Source: Mytilus edulis (lineage: Eukaryota). Taken from it: a DNA stretch of 64,000 nucleotides. The stretch covers positions 20,398,001 to 20,462,000 of the forward strand of contig NC_092353.1 of the NCBI RefSeq assembly GCF_963676685.1, written 5' to 3'. How positions within the stretch are numbered: the first letter of the stretch is position 1; each line of letters opens with the position of its first letter. The notes under the pieces are model-generated. The model worked only from the letters and a program-made list of their open reading frames with translations. It searched no databases and was not told where the DNA came from. This document shows, in pieces, positions 20,164-31,500 of this stretch. The position numbers and the translations under genes are program-made.

Positions 20164-21203
20164 CTTTTATCTGAAAAAAAAATCATGGATCAAACACAGA
20201 TTATAAACCATTCATGATAGAGATACTAAATAAATAGACTCATAGAAGTATGCTGGTCTTGGAATTTCACACAGGATGATAATCATTGTTAAAGGCCAAG
20301 CAATGATCTACAGGCCTGCATAAATACATGTCACTTGGTCATTGGTGGATATGTGACTCATTGGCAATCATACCACTTCATCTTTTAATTGAGAAAATAA
20401 AGAGACGTTTAAGAGTATGTGTCTATGTGAACAGGCTTGAAAAGAAGATGGATAATATGAAAAGATATACCTGTTACAGCTACAATTGTTCCAAATTCTC
20501 ATCTGAAAAACACTCTAGCTATTGTGATTCTACTTTAATTGATTGACTGCAAATAAAAAAAAATGTATATTTAGTTATGGTATAAATTTTAATTTGGTAG
20601 TTTGGCTTATACATGTACAAAGAATCATTTAAAAATACCAATTAAGGTATTACAGTTATGAACAAATTAATTATAAAGACTTTGTAACTTATTATTCTAC
20701 TGAATAAAGTTATATATAGGAAAGGCATCAATTGCTTTCACAATATATATGATCTTACATCCAACAACACATTACTTTTTTTACATGTTCTTTTTCTCAA
20801 ACCCTTTTCTCCTGATACAACTTCAGTCAGATTATCCGATTTTTTCTTAAAGTCATAAGAAACGAGTGACAGGTGAAAAATAAGGTTCTTCCAATTCTTG
20901 AACCAATGCATACAAACATCATAAACTTAGTCTTCTGTGCACAAATTTATCATTTTGTTCGTGTAATTTTCGTATAATCGTCAATTTTTTTTCTCAATTA
21001 GTCAGTGTTGTTGTGAAAATATGGCAGGTAATTAAAGTTCGTGTTTTGAAGACAAAGTTTAACGATTGTCACCTGTTTGTAAACAATCAACAAAATATCA
21101 ACAAAAAAGCATGGAATTGAGCACATGTTTAACATGTAAATTCAGATAATAGTTTATTTTAAGGACATCCATGCGTATTGCGATCACCAGATTTTTACGA
21201 GAT

Positions 21204-21261
21204 GGGTCACACTGAGGTCACTTTGCATACGGAAAATATGTCAGGGAAATGCTTCCTGGAA
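21204..21261. promoter_or_regulatory. Candidate PARP4 promoter motifs: DR5 nuclear-receptor repeat and STAT GAS site
   Basis: GGGTCA-cactg-AGGTCA (21204-21220) and TTCCTGGAA (21253-21261), ~1 kb upstream of the ATG-containing exon. A possible UTR-exon donor CAG|gtgac lies near 21072. TSS unknown. Confidence 0.35.
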
Positions 21262-21733
21262 GGAAGCAATTAAAATAAAGTAAACTTCTTCTTAATATGA
21301 ATAAATTAAAGAATTTTCTTCAGAAAAAAGTATATGAACATAAGTTTTATAATGAAAACTATCCATTGAGTTATAATAAAACATATGCATTATTTGTTTC
21401 TTATGACTTTAAAACCTTTCTATTCCTGTGCATTGTTTGTTTATAATTCCTCTTTAAGGAGCATAGCAAGTACTAATCAAGTTAGAAAGTATGAGTGGAG
21501 GTGTAAAGGGTGGGTATGTTGGTATTTGAGGTGGGGGTGGCAAGATTAATAAATGTCTTCCTTGAAAGGTATTTGAAATTAGACATTAGAAATCACAACT
21601 TCATAATTTCCAAGGAAATTTTTTCAATTGAAATTTTCCCTGGCATTTTTTCAATTGAAATTTTCTGACAGATATCCGGTCCCATCACTAGTGGACTCTA
21701 TATAACTTCAATTAATATAGTGAAGTTTCCTTA

Positions 21734-22015
21734 GGCAGCAATCATTTGATTTTCTGGGGGGGGGCTATGGTTTTTTTTTGAAAAAAAAGTTTGTTTCCAG
21801 GTTTTGGTGAAAAAAATAATTTGTTTTGGACCCTGAGTAAAAAAAATTGTTTGTTTCACCCTCAGCTGCCACTATATGTAATGCTAAAATTGAAAGAAAA
21901 AAATTGTCTTCGGTTTGTGCCTAAAAAAATAGATTGTTCTTCGCCAAAGGCGAAAAAAAAAGTTTGCACAGAAAAAAAAACCATAGCCCCCCCAGAAAAT
22001 CAAATGGTTGCTGCC
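21734..22015. mobile_element. PIF/Harbinger-type MITE with TTA TSD
   Basis: tta|GGCAGCAATCATTTGATTTTCTGGGGGG..CTATGG...CCATAGCCCCCCCAGAAAATCAAATGGTTGCTGCC|tta; TIRs ~45 bp. Confidence 0.85.
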
Positions 22016-23059
22016 TTAGCATTTGCTTAGAGTGAAAGCAATTACATTAGGTATGTGCACTCAAACAAGATTGTTATACGAGTAAAAATAGAGCAAAAAT
22101 TACATTTATCTTATACTGACTAGTGCAGCTAAAAATACAAATCTCTTTAATAAGGCCATAAATGCATATATGTTTACCTACCTAGAAAATAGCTGCCTAC
22201 TCAAAATCTTTTATTGTACTGATGTGATCAAGTTTTTTCTTCTAATCATGAAGACTAAAAATATCTGACTTGAGTTTGCCATTAAAAAAAAACCCAAAAT
22301 GTCTACCTACATGTAGCTACCATGAGGGTAGTAAATGCCCTTTACCAAAAGGACGTCCAACGGTAATTTCTGGCTACCATTAGCATCAAATTGGTTAAAT
22401 TTTACTGTGATTTGTCTACATATATATCCTTATTGTGATTAGTCAGAAGTCCCAAATAATAATCATAACAGTCATATTTGAATTTTTTTAAGTGATTTTT
22501 TGTCAAAATTGGTCGATTTTTTTATCATTAAAAATAAAGTACATTTTAACGTCATGCACCAAAAATTACTGATACTTTTATTATTTCCTCACTACATGAA
22601 CTAGTGACAGGAATTGCTTCCCTTAGAATATACAGTCCTCGGACAAAAGTGAGTTCCCACTCAAAAAATGTCATATCATTTTAACTAAAATCAATATTTT
22701 CAAAAAATTATTACCAAGTAGCTCTTTGAGTGATTTTTATAAAATAGATACCATAAGATGCAGAATTATGTCTAAAGTTTTATTGTTTATTTGGCCATGA
22801 TATTATTCATGCTTATTTTAAATTTCTGACGAGGTGAACATGATGAAGAAAAATATTTCTTGAAAAGTTTGCTATGTATTCTAACCAAATTAAAATCGAA
22901 AAATTTGCATTAGTGTTTAACCCATTAGATAATGAAAACAAACCTCACCAAAATTATGGCCAAATAAACAAAAAAACTTCAGACATTTCTGCATCTTATG
23001 GTATTTTTTTTATTTATAAAAAGATTTACTTGGTAATAATTTTAAGATATATTTCGCCA

Positions 23060-23355
23060 AATCCAGGTCTGTTCGCGCCCATAACAAGTTTTGGCATGCG
23101 CATTGCAATGGCCGGACAAATAGCCCTGGCACTGTCCGGCTAGCCAGACAAATAGTGCCAGGGCTATTTGTCCGGCCATTGCAATGCGCATGTCAAAACT
23201 TGATTACAAAGTCATTAAACACAAAACCAATAAAAAATTGGGCGCGAATGTGTAGGGTGTGAACGGACTTTGGGTGCAAATGTGTAGGGTGCGAAAGTGA
23301 AAGGGTGCGAACAAGACTGGGCGGGAACGGGAATGGGCGCAAACAGACCTGGATT
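23060..23355. mobile_element. TIR element with GGGYGCGAA subterminal repeats containing a 118-bp palindrome
   Basis: AATCCAGGTCTGTTCGCGCCC ... GGGCGCAAACAGACCTGGATT. Palindrome arms 23085-23133 and 23154-23202. Confidence 0.7.
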
Positions 23356-24108
23356 CACAGGCTGAGGGTGCCCAGCCCCCTTATTTTGTTGAAAAAAATG
23401 GTTGATTATTTAAGGAATCACTGAAGCTGGGAGTCCCTCCCCTTTCTAAAGCAGTCAGTGGTACACCCTAATAAAAATAGCCACTCCGTTTAAACAACAA
23501 TCATGATTTTCTAATTATTCAACTAGAATTTGCTTTAAAATTGGGTGCGAAAGTGTAAGGTGCGAACAGACTTTGGGTGCGAATGTGGGAGGTGCAAACG
23601 TGTAGGGTGCGAAAGTGTATTGGTGGGTGCAAACGGAGCTGATACCCACCGTGCCACTGCACCCCCCCTTTCCACCAAATTCTGCCCCTGCAAGTTTAAG
23701 AAGTTATCAGTCAGTTAGTTAGTTGACATGATCCCGATTACCGATACCTTTTGTTTATTGCTATGCAGGTGAGTGTCAGTGTGTTTAGCCTACCGAATAT
23801 TTTCCTGTCCTTCCCTAAAAGTAAATATTGAAATATTTGGAAATTCCCTAGAATTTTGCTGTTTTTGATCATTTGTAATTCAATATGATATCTACCTATG
23901 CAAATTAGTTGTTAACTTTAACAAATTTCTCGTTGCTGTTTGATTAATGCAGCATACTTTGCTTCAACAGGTCCCTGTCATGATGAATACAATAACTGCG
24001 TTTTTTTGTAAAATATTTGACAGTGATCGGGAAATTTATTTAAATGTTTAGGTTAACCTGAATGACTTCCTGTTCTAAAAATAACAATGATCTATAGATT
24101 TGTTTCTA

Positions 24109-27100
24109 CAAAGTTCAAAGTTCAAAGTTCTTTATTTTCCAATTATTTTTTTCAAATATTTTATTGGACAAAGCACATATGATACAATGCGTATTCCAAG
24201 ATACAAACACATTAAACATGACAATTTATGCAAATACAACATAAAGAAACATTTCAAGTACTAATTATATATAATATCACAGTATTACACAGTATTATCA
24301 CTTATGGTTAATGGCCCCTGACGGGACATTATGACATAATGACAACAATACACAATACATTCTGATTCTTAACACATAAACATATAATGAAGATAAAATT
24401 AAAATTATAATTACACCTTATATAAGAATGCCAGCTTTTGATTGGCTGATAGCCAGTGTATTTTTCGCATATTCTAACATTTTTCCTCATTTCAAACGAA
24501 TCTGGCTGTTTTTCACCACTGCCGGTGAATATGCCTCAAATACCATGGTATTTGCCATTTTGGATATTCCTTTTTTACCCTCGCGAGTATCTTCCCGCCA
24601 TTTTTTTTCGGATATGACGTTACATAAAGACAGCGCGAACGCGTATAAGTACTTGTATAGTTCCCGCGGTATATTTTATGATAGAACTTGTCCTCAAATA
24701 AATATTTCCTTTTCCTAGTACAGAGAGTTTAAATTTAAATGTATTCGGTGTAATTAAACAGATATATCATGTTATGGAGGGGTATTTGCAAAAAATACAA
24801 GTCTTGGGACAAAATTTCCCTTGCCTAGCGGCTCGGGAAATTTAAGTCCCTCGACTTGTATTTTTCGCAAATACCCCTCCATAACATGATATATCTGTTC
24901 ATAATTCACATGAAGAGGATGAGATAATATCATAATTTATATAATCATGCATATATATCATATATATAAAATATCACAAGTCAACATAAAACAATTGTTA
25001 TTGTTATTATTTTACAGTTATGTTCTTTCAAAGTTTCAAATCTATGTTGGCTAACAGAGGTCCACCTTGTCTCTTATCCAGAAAAATATGTTGAAGGAAT
25101 AAATAATACAAATCACTAAAATCATGAAAATGGAAAAGAGAGTCAGACCAAGGGCAAATGCACTTGGACATGTTAGTAAGTGGAATTTTAGATACCGTCT
25201 TAACCTCCTCGTGACTAGTGCACTGTAAAAGTTAAAAAAAAAAAATTGTTCACTTTAATGCAGAATTCACCAAGGGATGATACTAAAAGGTTTTCACCGG
25301 GCATCCAAAATCGTATGTAATTATATTTACAAATGCATATATATACATAGTCAACACTCTAGCATAGCAGTAGCAGGTGCAAGTGAAGTGACAAAGTCCC
25401 ACTACTATTTAATTAGTATGTTCATGTTTGGCTATAAGACAACAAATTTTACATAAAATTCATGATCTTCATTATTCGTCATCCAAATAAATTTTTTAGG
25501 ATTTTGTAATTGGGTAAAATTAGGACAAATAGCATTAATAAGATCATAACGTTCAACTTTATACTTTGTACATGTTAGTAAAAAATGGTTCTCATCTTCT
25601 ACCTTGCCAGATGTGCAATGAACACACAATCTATTTTGCCTGATAATACCTTGACATCTTCCCAACTCTATTTGAAGTCTATGAGCTGATATTCTGAATC
25701 TGGTGAAAATTCTCCTCTGCCCAAAATCTTTTAAAATATTCAAATAATTTTCAAATCCAAAATTTTGTTTAAACTTGAAAAAAAAGTATGTACACAGTTT
25801 GCCATCTGATAATGATGGGGTTTTTTTTTGCCAACGATTAATATAATGAATTTTCATATATTTTTTACATGTCTTCTAAAAACTATTTGTTTTCATTCAC
25901 CTTAAGCATGTTAAGTCAGTATGGTTATCAAAAATTCTTTTTTTCTGTATATAAACAGAGCCATACCAAGAAGGATGTTTATTTTCGTCCATTTTCATAC
26001 AACTCTATGGAAGTTAAATAGGCATCTTTTAGAATTGGAAATCGATTATCTAAATTTTCTAAACAGTGCCAATATTTAAGCATTGAACTGACGATATTGA
26101 AATGTGTGGTTAATCTGCCAAGTTATGACAAGGAGGCAAAATGTGTACTCTTTTTCCCACAACCTAAAACAAATTTACATAATTTAACATGCATTTCTTC
26201 ACATTTAACATGTTTAAGTCTTTTATAAATTTCATTTGAAGGAAAAATCAGGGTTTTTTCAATTTTGTTGTAAAGGGATTAAAATAACCCAAAATTTCAC
26301 AACCATATAATAATATTGGCATAATAGAATGATCGAATACATGTAATGAGATTTTAGGTGAAGGACAGTGAGAAATAAATTCCTTGCACAGTTTAAAATA
26401 AGCTTTTAGACCCTTCTGATAAAGTTCATTTGGAGCATAGCAGAAAGGAGATGTCTGCCTGCCTTATTGAATATAAGTACTTTGGTTTCAGATAAATTTA
26501 CAGGAAGACACCACTGTTTTGCAAAACTTATCTAACATGTCTAAATTATCTAGTTTTTGTTGAAAACCACGCGATGAAGAAGAGAGCAGAAAAATATCAT
26601 CTGCATACATCAAACAATGTATAGGCCGAGAGTTTAGTATAATTGGATCTGATGTTTGTATCAGTAATGAAGGAAGGTCATTAATAAAAATTTTAAACAA
26701 GTTAGGACTTAGGTTGTCGCATTGCTTAACTCCCAATTTACTATCAAACATTTCAGTGCGAGCAGTGTTACTTGTTTTTATACAAGATTTACTTACAGAA
26801 TACATATTCTTAATAACATTATAAAATTTAGTACCAACCCCTATTTCTAAGAGTTTAAGTCTTTAATAATCCTGTATGAATTACAGTGTCAACAGCCTTT
26901 CTTAAATCAACAAAGCAGACAAACACTCGATCTATCATCCTTATCATATGTGAACAATATTTTTCAATAATGCATTTTAATATAAATATATGATCAGATG
27001 TTCTAGTCTTTTTTGTGAAACCAATCTGAGAGTCATCTATTAGATTATGCTTTATTAAAAAATTATCCAATCTAGAGTTTAATATATGCAATTGAATAAT

Positions 27101-27372
27101 TGGTGATTGTCAGGCCTCTATATATATAAATATAGTATTTGGCCACTTTTAAAAATGTTGTTGCTAATATGATCTAATCCAGGAGCTTTATCCCTTTTAA
27201 TCTTAGCAGAATATATTTCTGAGTCCTTTATTGGAAAATCTAGATCATTGAAACATTTATTTTTTTCAGTATCTTCTAGCTTTTTATCAAGTTCTTTTAA
27301 ACGAGAGTCCCCTGTCCTCAGTTCAATAGACTCATGAGACTGTGTTAAAAGGGATCCTAGCTTTATATGCAT
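24109..27372 (-). pseudogene. Degenerate non-LTR retrotransposon (CR1/L2-supergroup-like ORF2) with 3' UTR and tail
   Basis: Fragments KAPGLDHI, QIGF, FVDLRKAVD, GVKQCDNLSPNLF, YADD, RFRISAHRLQIELGR and C..C..EDENHFLLTC, with many stops and frameshifts. Tail AATAAA + (GAACTTT)3 at 24136-24109. Confidence 0.85.
24407..24906. mobile_element. Non-coding ~500-bp element with ATAATT terminal direct repeat and terminal 143-bp hairpin (possibly YR/Crypton-type)
   Basis: ATAATT at 24407-24412 and 24901-24906. Inverted repeat 24408-24417 / 24747-24756. Hairpin 24757-24899. Confidence 0.55.
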
Positions 27373-27742
27373 GTGTTATCTTCGGTTGAGTATATGTTAT
27401 TTTATCTATGTCATATAAATTTATAAAGTGCATATTCTCATTTATCAAAAAATAAAATAAACTTTTCTATTATTATGGTTTCTATTACAATACAAAAAGA
27501 AATGAATGTGATCTTCAATTTGTTTGCAGTTTTTACATAATCTTTTACAAGAAGGCACATACTAGGGAAATAATTTAAAATCTAAACATATTTTATACAA
27601 TAATTTCATAAACTTTTTTTTTTATTGTGTATATACATTGTATATAGATAAAACATGGTTTTGATCTAGCAATATATATATATATAAACTGGGAACAGTA
27701 TATCATAAACATGGTTAATATATATGTTCCTGATATAAACGA

Positions 27743-28100
27743 GTCTAAATTGAAAACTACGTTCAAACCTATGGATAAAAACCGCAATTTTTATACGTGT
27801 GAATGTAAAACAAATTTCGTTGTAGAATGGTCTAAATACAGCACAAACAACATTTTCCAAAAGACCAAAAAAGTGAAAAAAGTATATTTAAACAAAACGC
27901 ATTTGACTAATATATATACTGTATTTAGACCTACTACAACGAAACTTGTTTTACATGCACACGTATAAAAATTGCGGTTTTTATTCAACGCAATCATAGG
28001 TTTGAACGTAGTTTTCAATTTAGACGTGTATATATATATTCGACCTTTTAGTCAAATGCGTTTTGTTTAAATATACTTTTTCACTTTTTTGGTCTTTTGG
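27743..28100. repeat. Interleaved inverted repeats A-B-A'-B' separated by (TA)n, possibly Penelope-like terminal repeats
   Basis: A ~27743-27841 vs A' ~27919-28025 (diverged). B 27857-27910 vs B' ~28048-28100 (perfect). Confidence 0.7.
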
Positions 28101-31100
28101 TCGGTTTATCATTAGTATTCGGAGAGACCGAAGCATGACCAACGGTGGTCTTTAGCAGGGTTGTTGCTGCTGTGTAGGTAGTTTCGTCACATGTTGGTTC
28201 GCGAGGCTGAGAAACAGTAGTTGTACCTTCTGTGTTTGTCAAATGTGTATCGGTAATATTACCAATGGTCCTAGTGGTTATACCAGCAGTATTAAATATC
28301 GAGGTAAGTTAGATGGTTTTTGCAGCTGTTATACTAGTTTCGCAAGTTGTTTTGTCTGTAATCGTAGTATCATCTGTTGTAAATCTGATCGTCTGAATGT
28401 CAATTATGAATGTAGACATTTTTGTTGCTGTTTCCGAGCTAGCTATTAATTCTGTCGTTACCGTCGATTTATTATTAAATAATTATCAGTGATAGTACCA
28501 ATGGTCCTTGGGGTTATGCCAACAGTATTAGATATCGGGGTAAGTTGGATGGGTTTTTTTCAGCTTTTACAGTAGCTTCGCTAGTTGTTGTGTATGTCAT
28601 CGTAGTATCATCTGTTGTAAAGCCGGTCGTTGGAGTGTCATATATGAATGTAGACGGTTTTGTTTGAGTTTCCGAGCTAGCTATGATTTCCGATGGTTTA
28701 TCATTAGTAATCGGAGAGACAGAAGCTTGACCAGCGGTGGTCTTTACCAGGGTTGTTACTGCTGTGTAAGTTGTTTCGTCAGATATTGGTCCATGAGTCA
28801 CAGAAACAGTAGCTGTACCTTTAGTGGTTGTTACATGTTTCTCGCTGATAGAACCAATGGTCCTAGTGGTTAAGCCAACAATATTAGATATCGAGGTTAG
28901 TTGGATGGTTTTTGAGGTTGTGTCAGTAGGGTCACTAGTTGTTTTGTCTGTCATCGTAGTAGCATATGTTGTAAAGCCGATCGTTTGAGTGTCATATATG
29001 AATGTAGATGTTTGTGTTGTCGTTTTCGAGCTTGCTATGGTTTCCGTCGTTTCCGTCGGTTTATCATTAGTAATTAGAGAGACCGAAGCTTGATCAGCAG
29101 TGGTCTTTAGCAGGGTTGTTGCTGCTGTGTAAGTTGTTTCGTCAGATATTGGTCCATGAATCTCAGAAACAGTAGTTGTACCTTGTGTGCTTGTTAAATA
29201 ATTATCGGTGATAGTACCAATGTTCCTTGTAATTATGCCGACAGTATTAGATATCGAGGTAAGTTGGATGGTTTTGGCGGGTGTGTCAGTAGCGTCACTA
29301 GTTGTTTTTTTCTATCATCGTAGTATCATCTGTTTTAAAGCCGATCGTTTGAGTGTTAGATATGGATGTAGACGTTTTTGTTGGCGTTTTCGAGCTAGAT
29401 ATTGTTTTCGTCGTTTCCGTCGGTTTATCATTAGTAATCGGAGAGACCGAAGCTTGATCAGCGGTGGTCTTTAGCAGAGTTGTTGCTGCTGTGTGAGTTG
29501 ATTCGTCAGATATTGGTCCATGAATCTCAGAAACAGAAGTTGTACCTTGTGTGTTTGTTAAATAATTATCGGTGATACTAGTAGTACCAATGTTCCTTGT
29601 GGTTGTGCCAACAGTATTAGACATCGAGGTAAGTTGGATGGTTTTGGCGGGTGTGTCAGTAGCGTTACTAGTTGTTTTTTCTATCATCGTAGTATCATCT
29701 GTTTTAAAGCCGATCGTTTGAGTGTCAGATATGGATGTAGACGTTTTTGTTGGCGTTTTCGAGCTAGCTATGGTTTCCGTCGTTTCCGTCGGTTTATTAA
29801 TAGTAATCGGAGATACCGAAGCTTGATCAGCGGTGGTCTTTAGCAGGGTTATTGCTGCTGTGTAAGTTGTTTCGTCAGATATCGGTCCATGAATCTCAGA
29901 AACAGAAGTTGTACCTTGTGTGTTTGTTAAATAATTATCGGTGATACTAGTAGTACCAATGTTCCTTGTGGTTGTGCCAACAGTATTAGACATCGATGTA
30001 AGTTGGATGGTTTTGGCGGGTGTGTCAGTAGCGTCACTAGTTGTTTTTTCTATCATCGTAGTATCATCTGTTTTAAAGCCGATCGTTTGAGTGTCAGATA
30101 TGGATGTAGACGTTTTTGTTGGCGTTTTCGAGCTAGCTATGGTTTCCGTCGTTTCCGTCGGTTTATTAATAGTAATTGGAGATACCGAAGCTTGATCAGC
30201 GGTGGTCTTTAGCAGAGTTGTTGCTGCTGTGTGAGTTGATTCGTCAGATATTGGTCCATGAATCTCAGAAACAGAAGTTGTACCTTGTGTGTTTGTTAAA
30301 TAATTATCGGTGATACTAGTAGTACCAATGTTCCTTGTGGTTGTGCCAACAGTATTAGACATCGAGGTAAGTTGGATGGTTTTGGCGGGTGTGTCAGTAG
30401 CGTCACTAGTTGTTTTTTCTATCATCGTAATATCATCTGTTTTAAAGCCGATCGTTTGAGTGTCAGATATGGATGTAGACGTTTTTGTTGGCGTTTTCGA
30501 GCTAGCTATGGTTTCCGTCGTTTCCGTCGGTTTATTAATAGTAATCGGAGATACCGAAGCTTGATCAGCGGTGGTCTTTAGCAGGGTTATTGCTGCTGTG
30601 TAAGTTGTTTCGTCAGATATCGGTCCATGAATCTCAGAAACAGAAGTTGTACCTTGTGTGTTTGTTAAATAATTATCGGTGATACTAGTAGTACCAATGT
30701 TCCTTGTGGTTGTGCCAACAGTATTAGACATCGATGTAAGTTGGATGGTTTTGGCGGGTGTGTCAGTAGCGTCACTAGTTGTTTTTTCTATCATCGTAGT
30801 ATCATCTGTTTTAAAGCCGATCGTTTTAGTGTCAGATATGGATGTAGACGTTTTTGTTGGCGTTTTCGAGCTAGCTATGGTTTCCGTCGTTTCCGTCGGT
30901 TTATTAATAGTAATCGGAGATACCGAAGCTTGATCAGCGGTGGTCTTTAGCAGGGTTGTTGCTGCTGTGTAAGTTGTTTCGTCAGATATTGGTTCATGAA
31001 TCTCAGAAACAGAAGTTGTACCTTGTGTGTTTGTTAAATAATTATCGGTGATACTAGTAGTACCAATGTTCCTTGTGGTTGTGCCAACAGTATTAGACAT

Positions 31101-31500
31101 CGATGTAAGTTGGATCGTTTTGGCGGGTGTGTCAGTAGCGTCACTAGTTGTTTTTTTCTATCATCGTAATATCATCTGTTTTAAAGCCTATCGTTTGAGT
31201 GTCAGATATGGATGTAGACGTTTTTGTTGGCGTTTTCGAGCTAGCTATGGTTTCCGTCGTTTCCGTCAGTTTATTAATAGTAATCGGAGATATCGAAGCT
31301 TGATCAGCGGTGGTCTTTAGCAGGGTTATTGCTGCTGTGTAAGTTGTTTCGTCAGATATTGGTCCATGAATCTCAGAAACAGAAGTTGTACCTTGTGTGT
31401 TTGTTAAATAATTATCGGTGATACTAGTAGTACCAATGTTCCTTGTGGTTGTGCCAACAGTATTAGACATCGAGGTAAGTTTGATGGTTTGTGCAGCTGT
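28101..31500 (-). repeat. 369-bp (123-aa) coding tandem repeat of the mucin
   Basis: Identical landmarks at 29634, 30003, 30372 and 30741. Copies are diverged on both sides. Confidence 0.95.
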
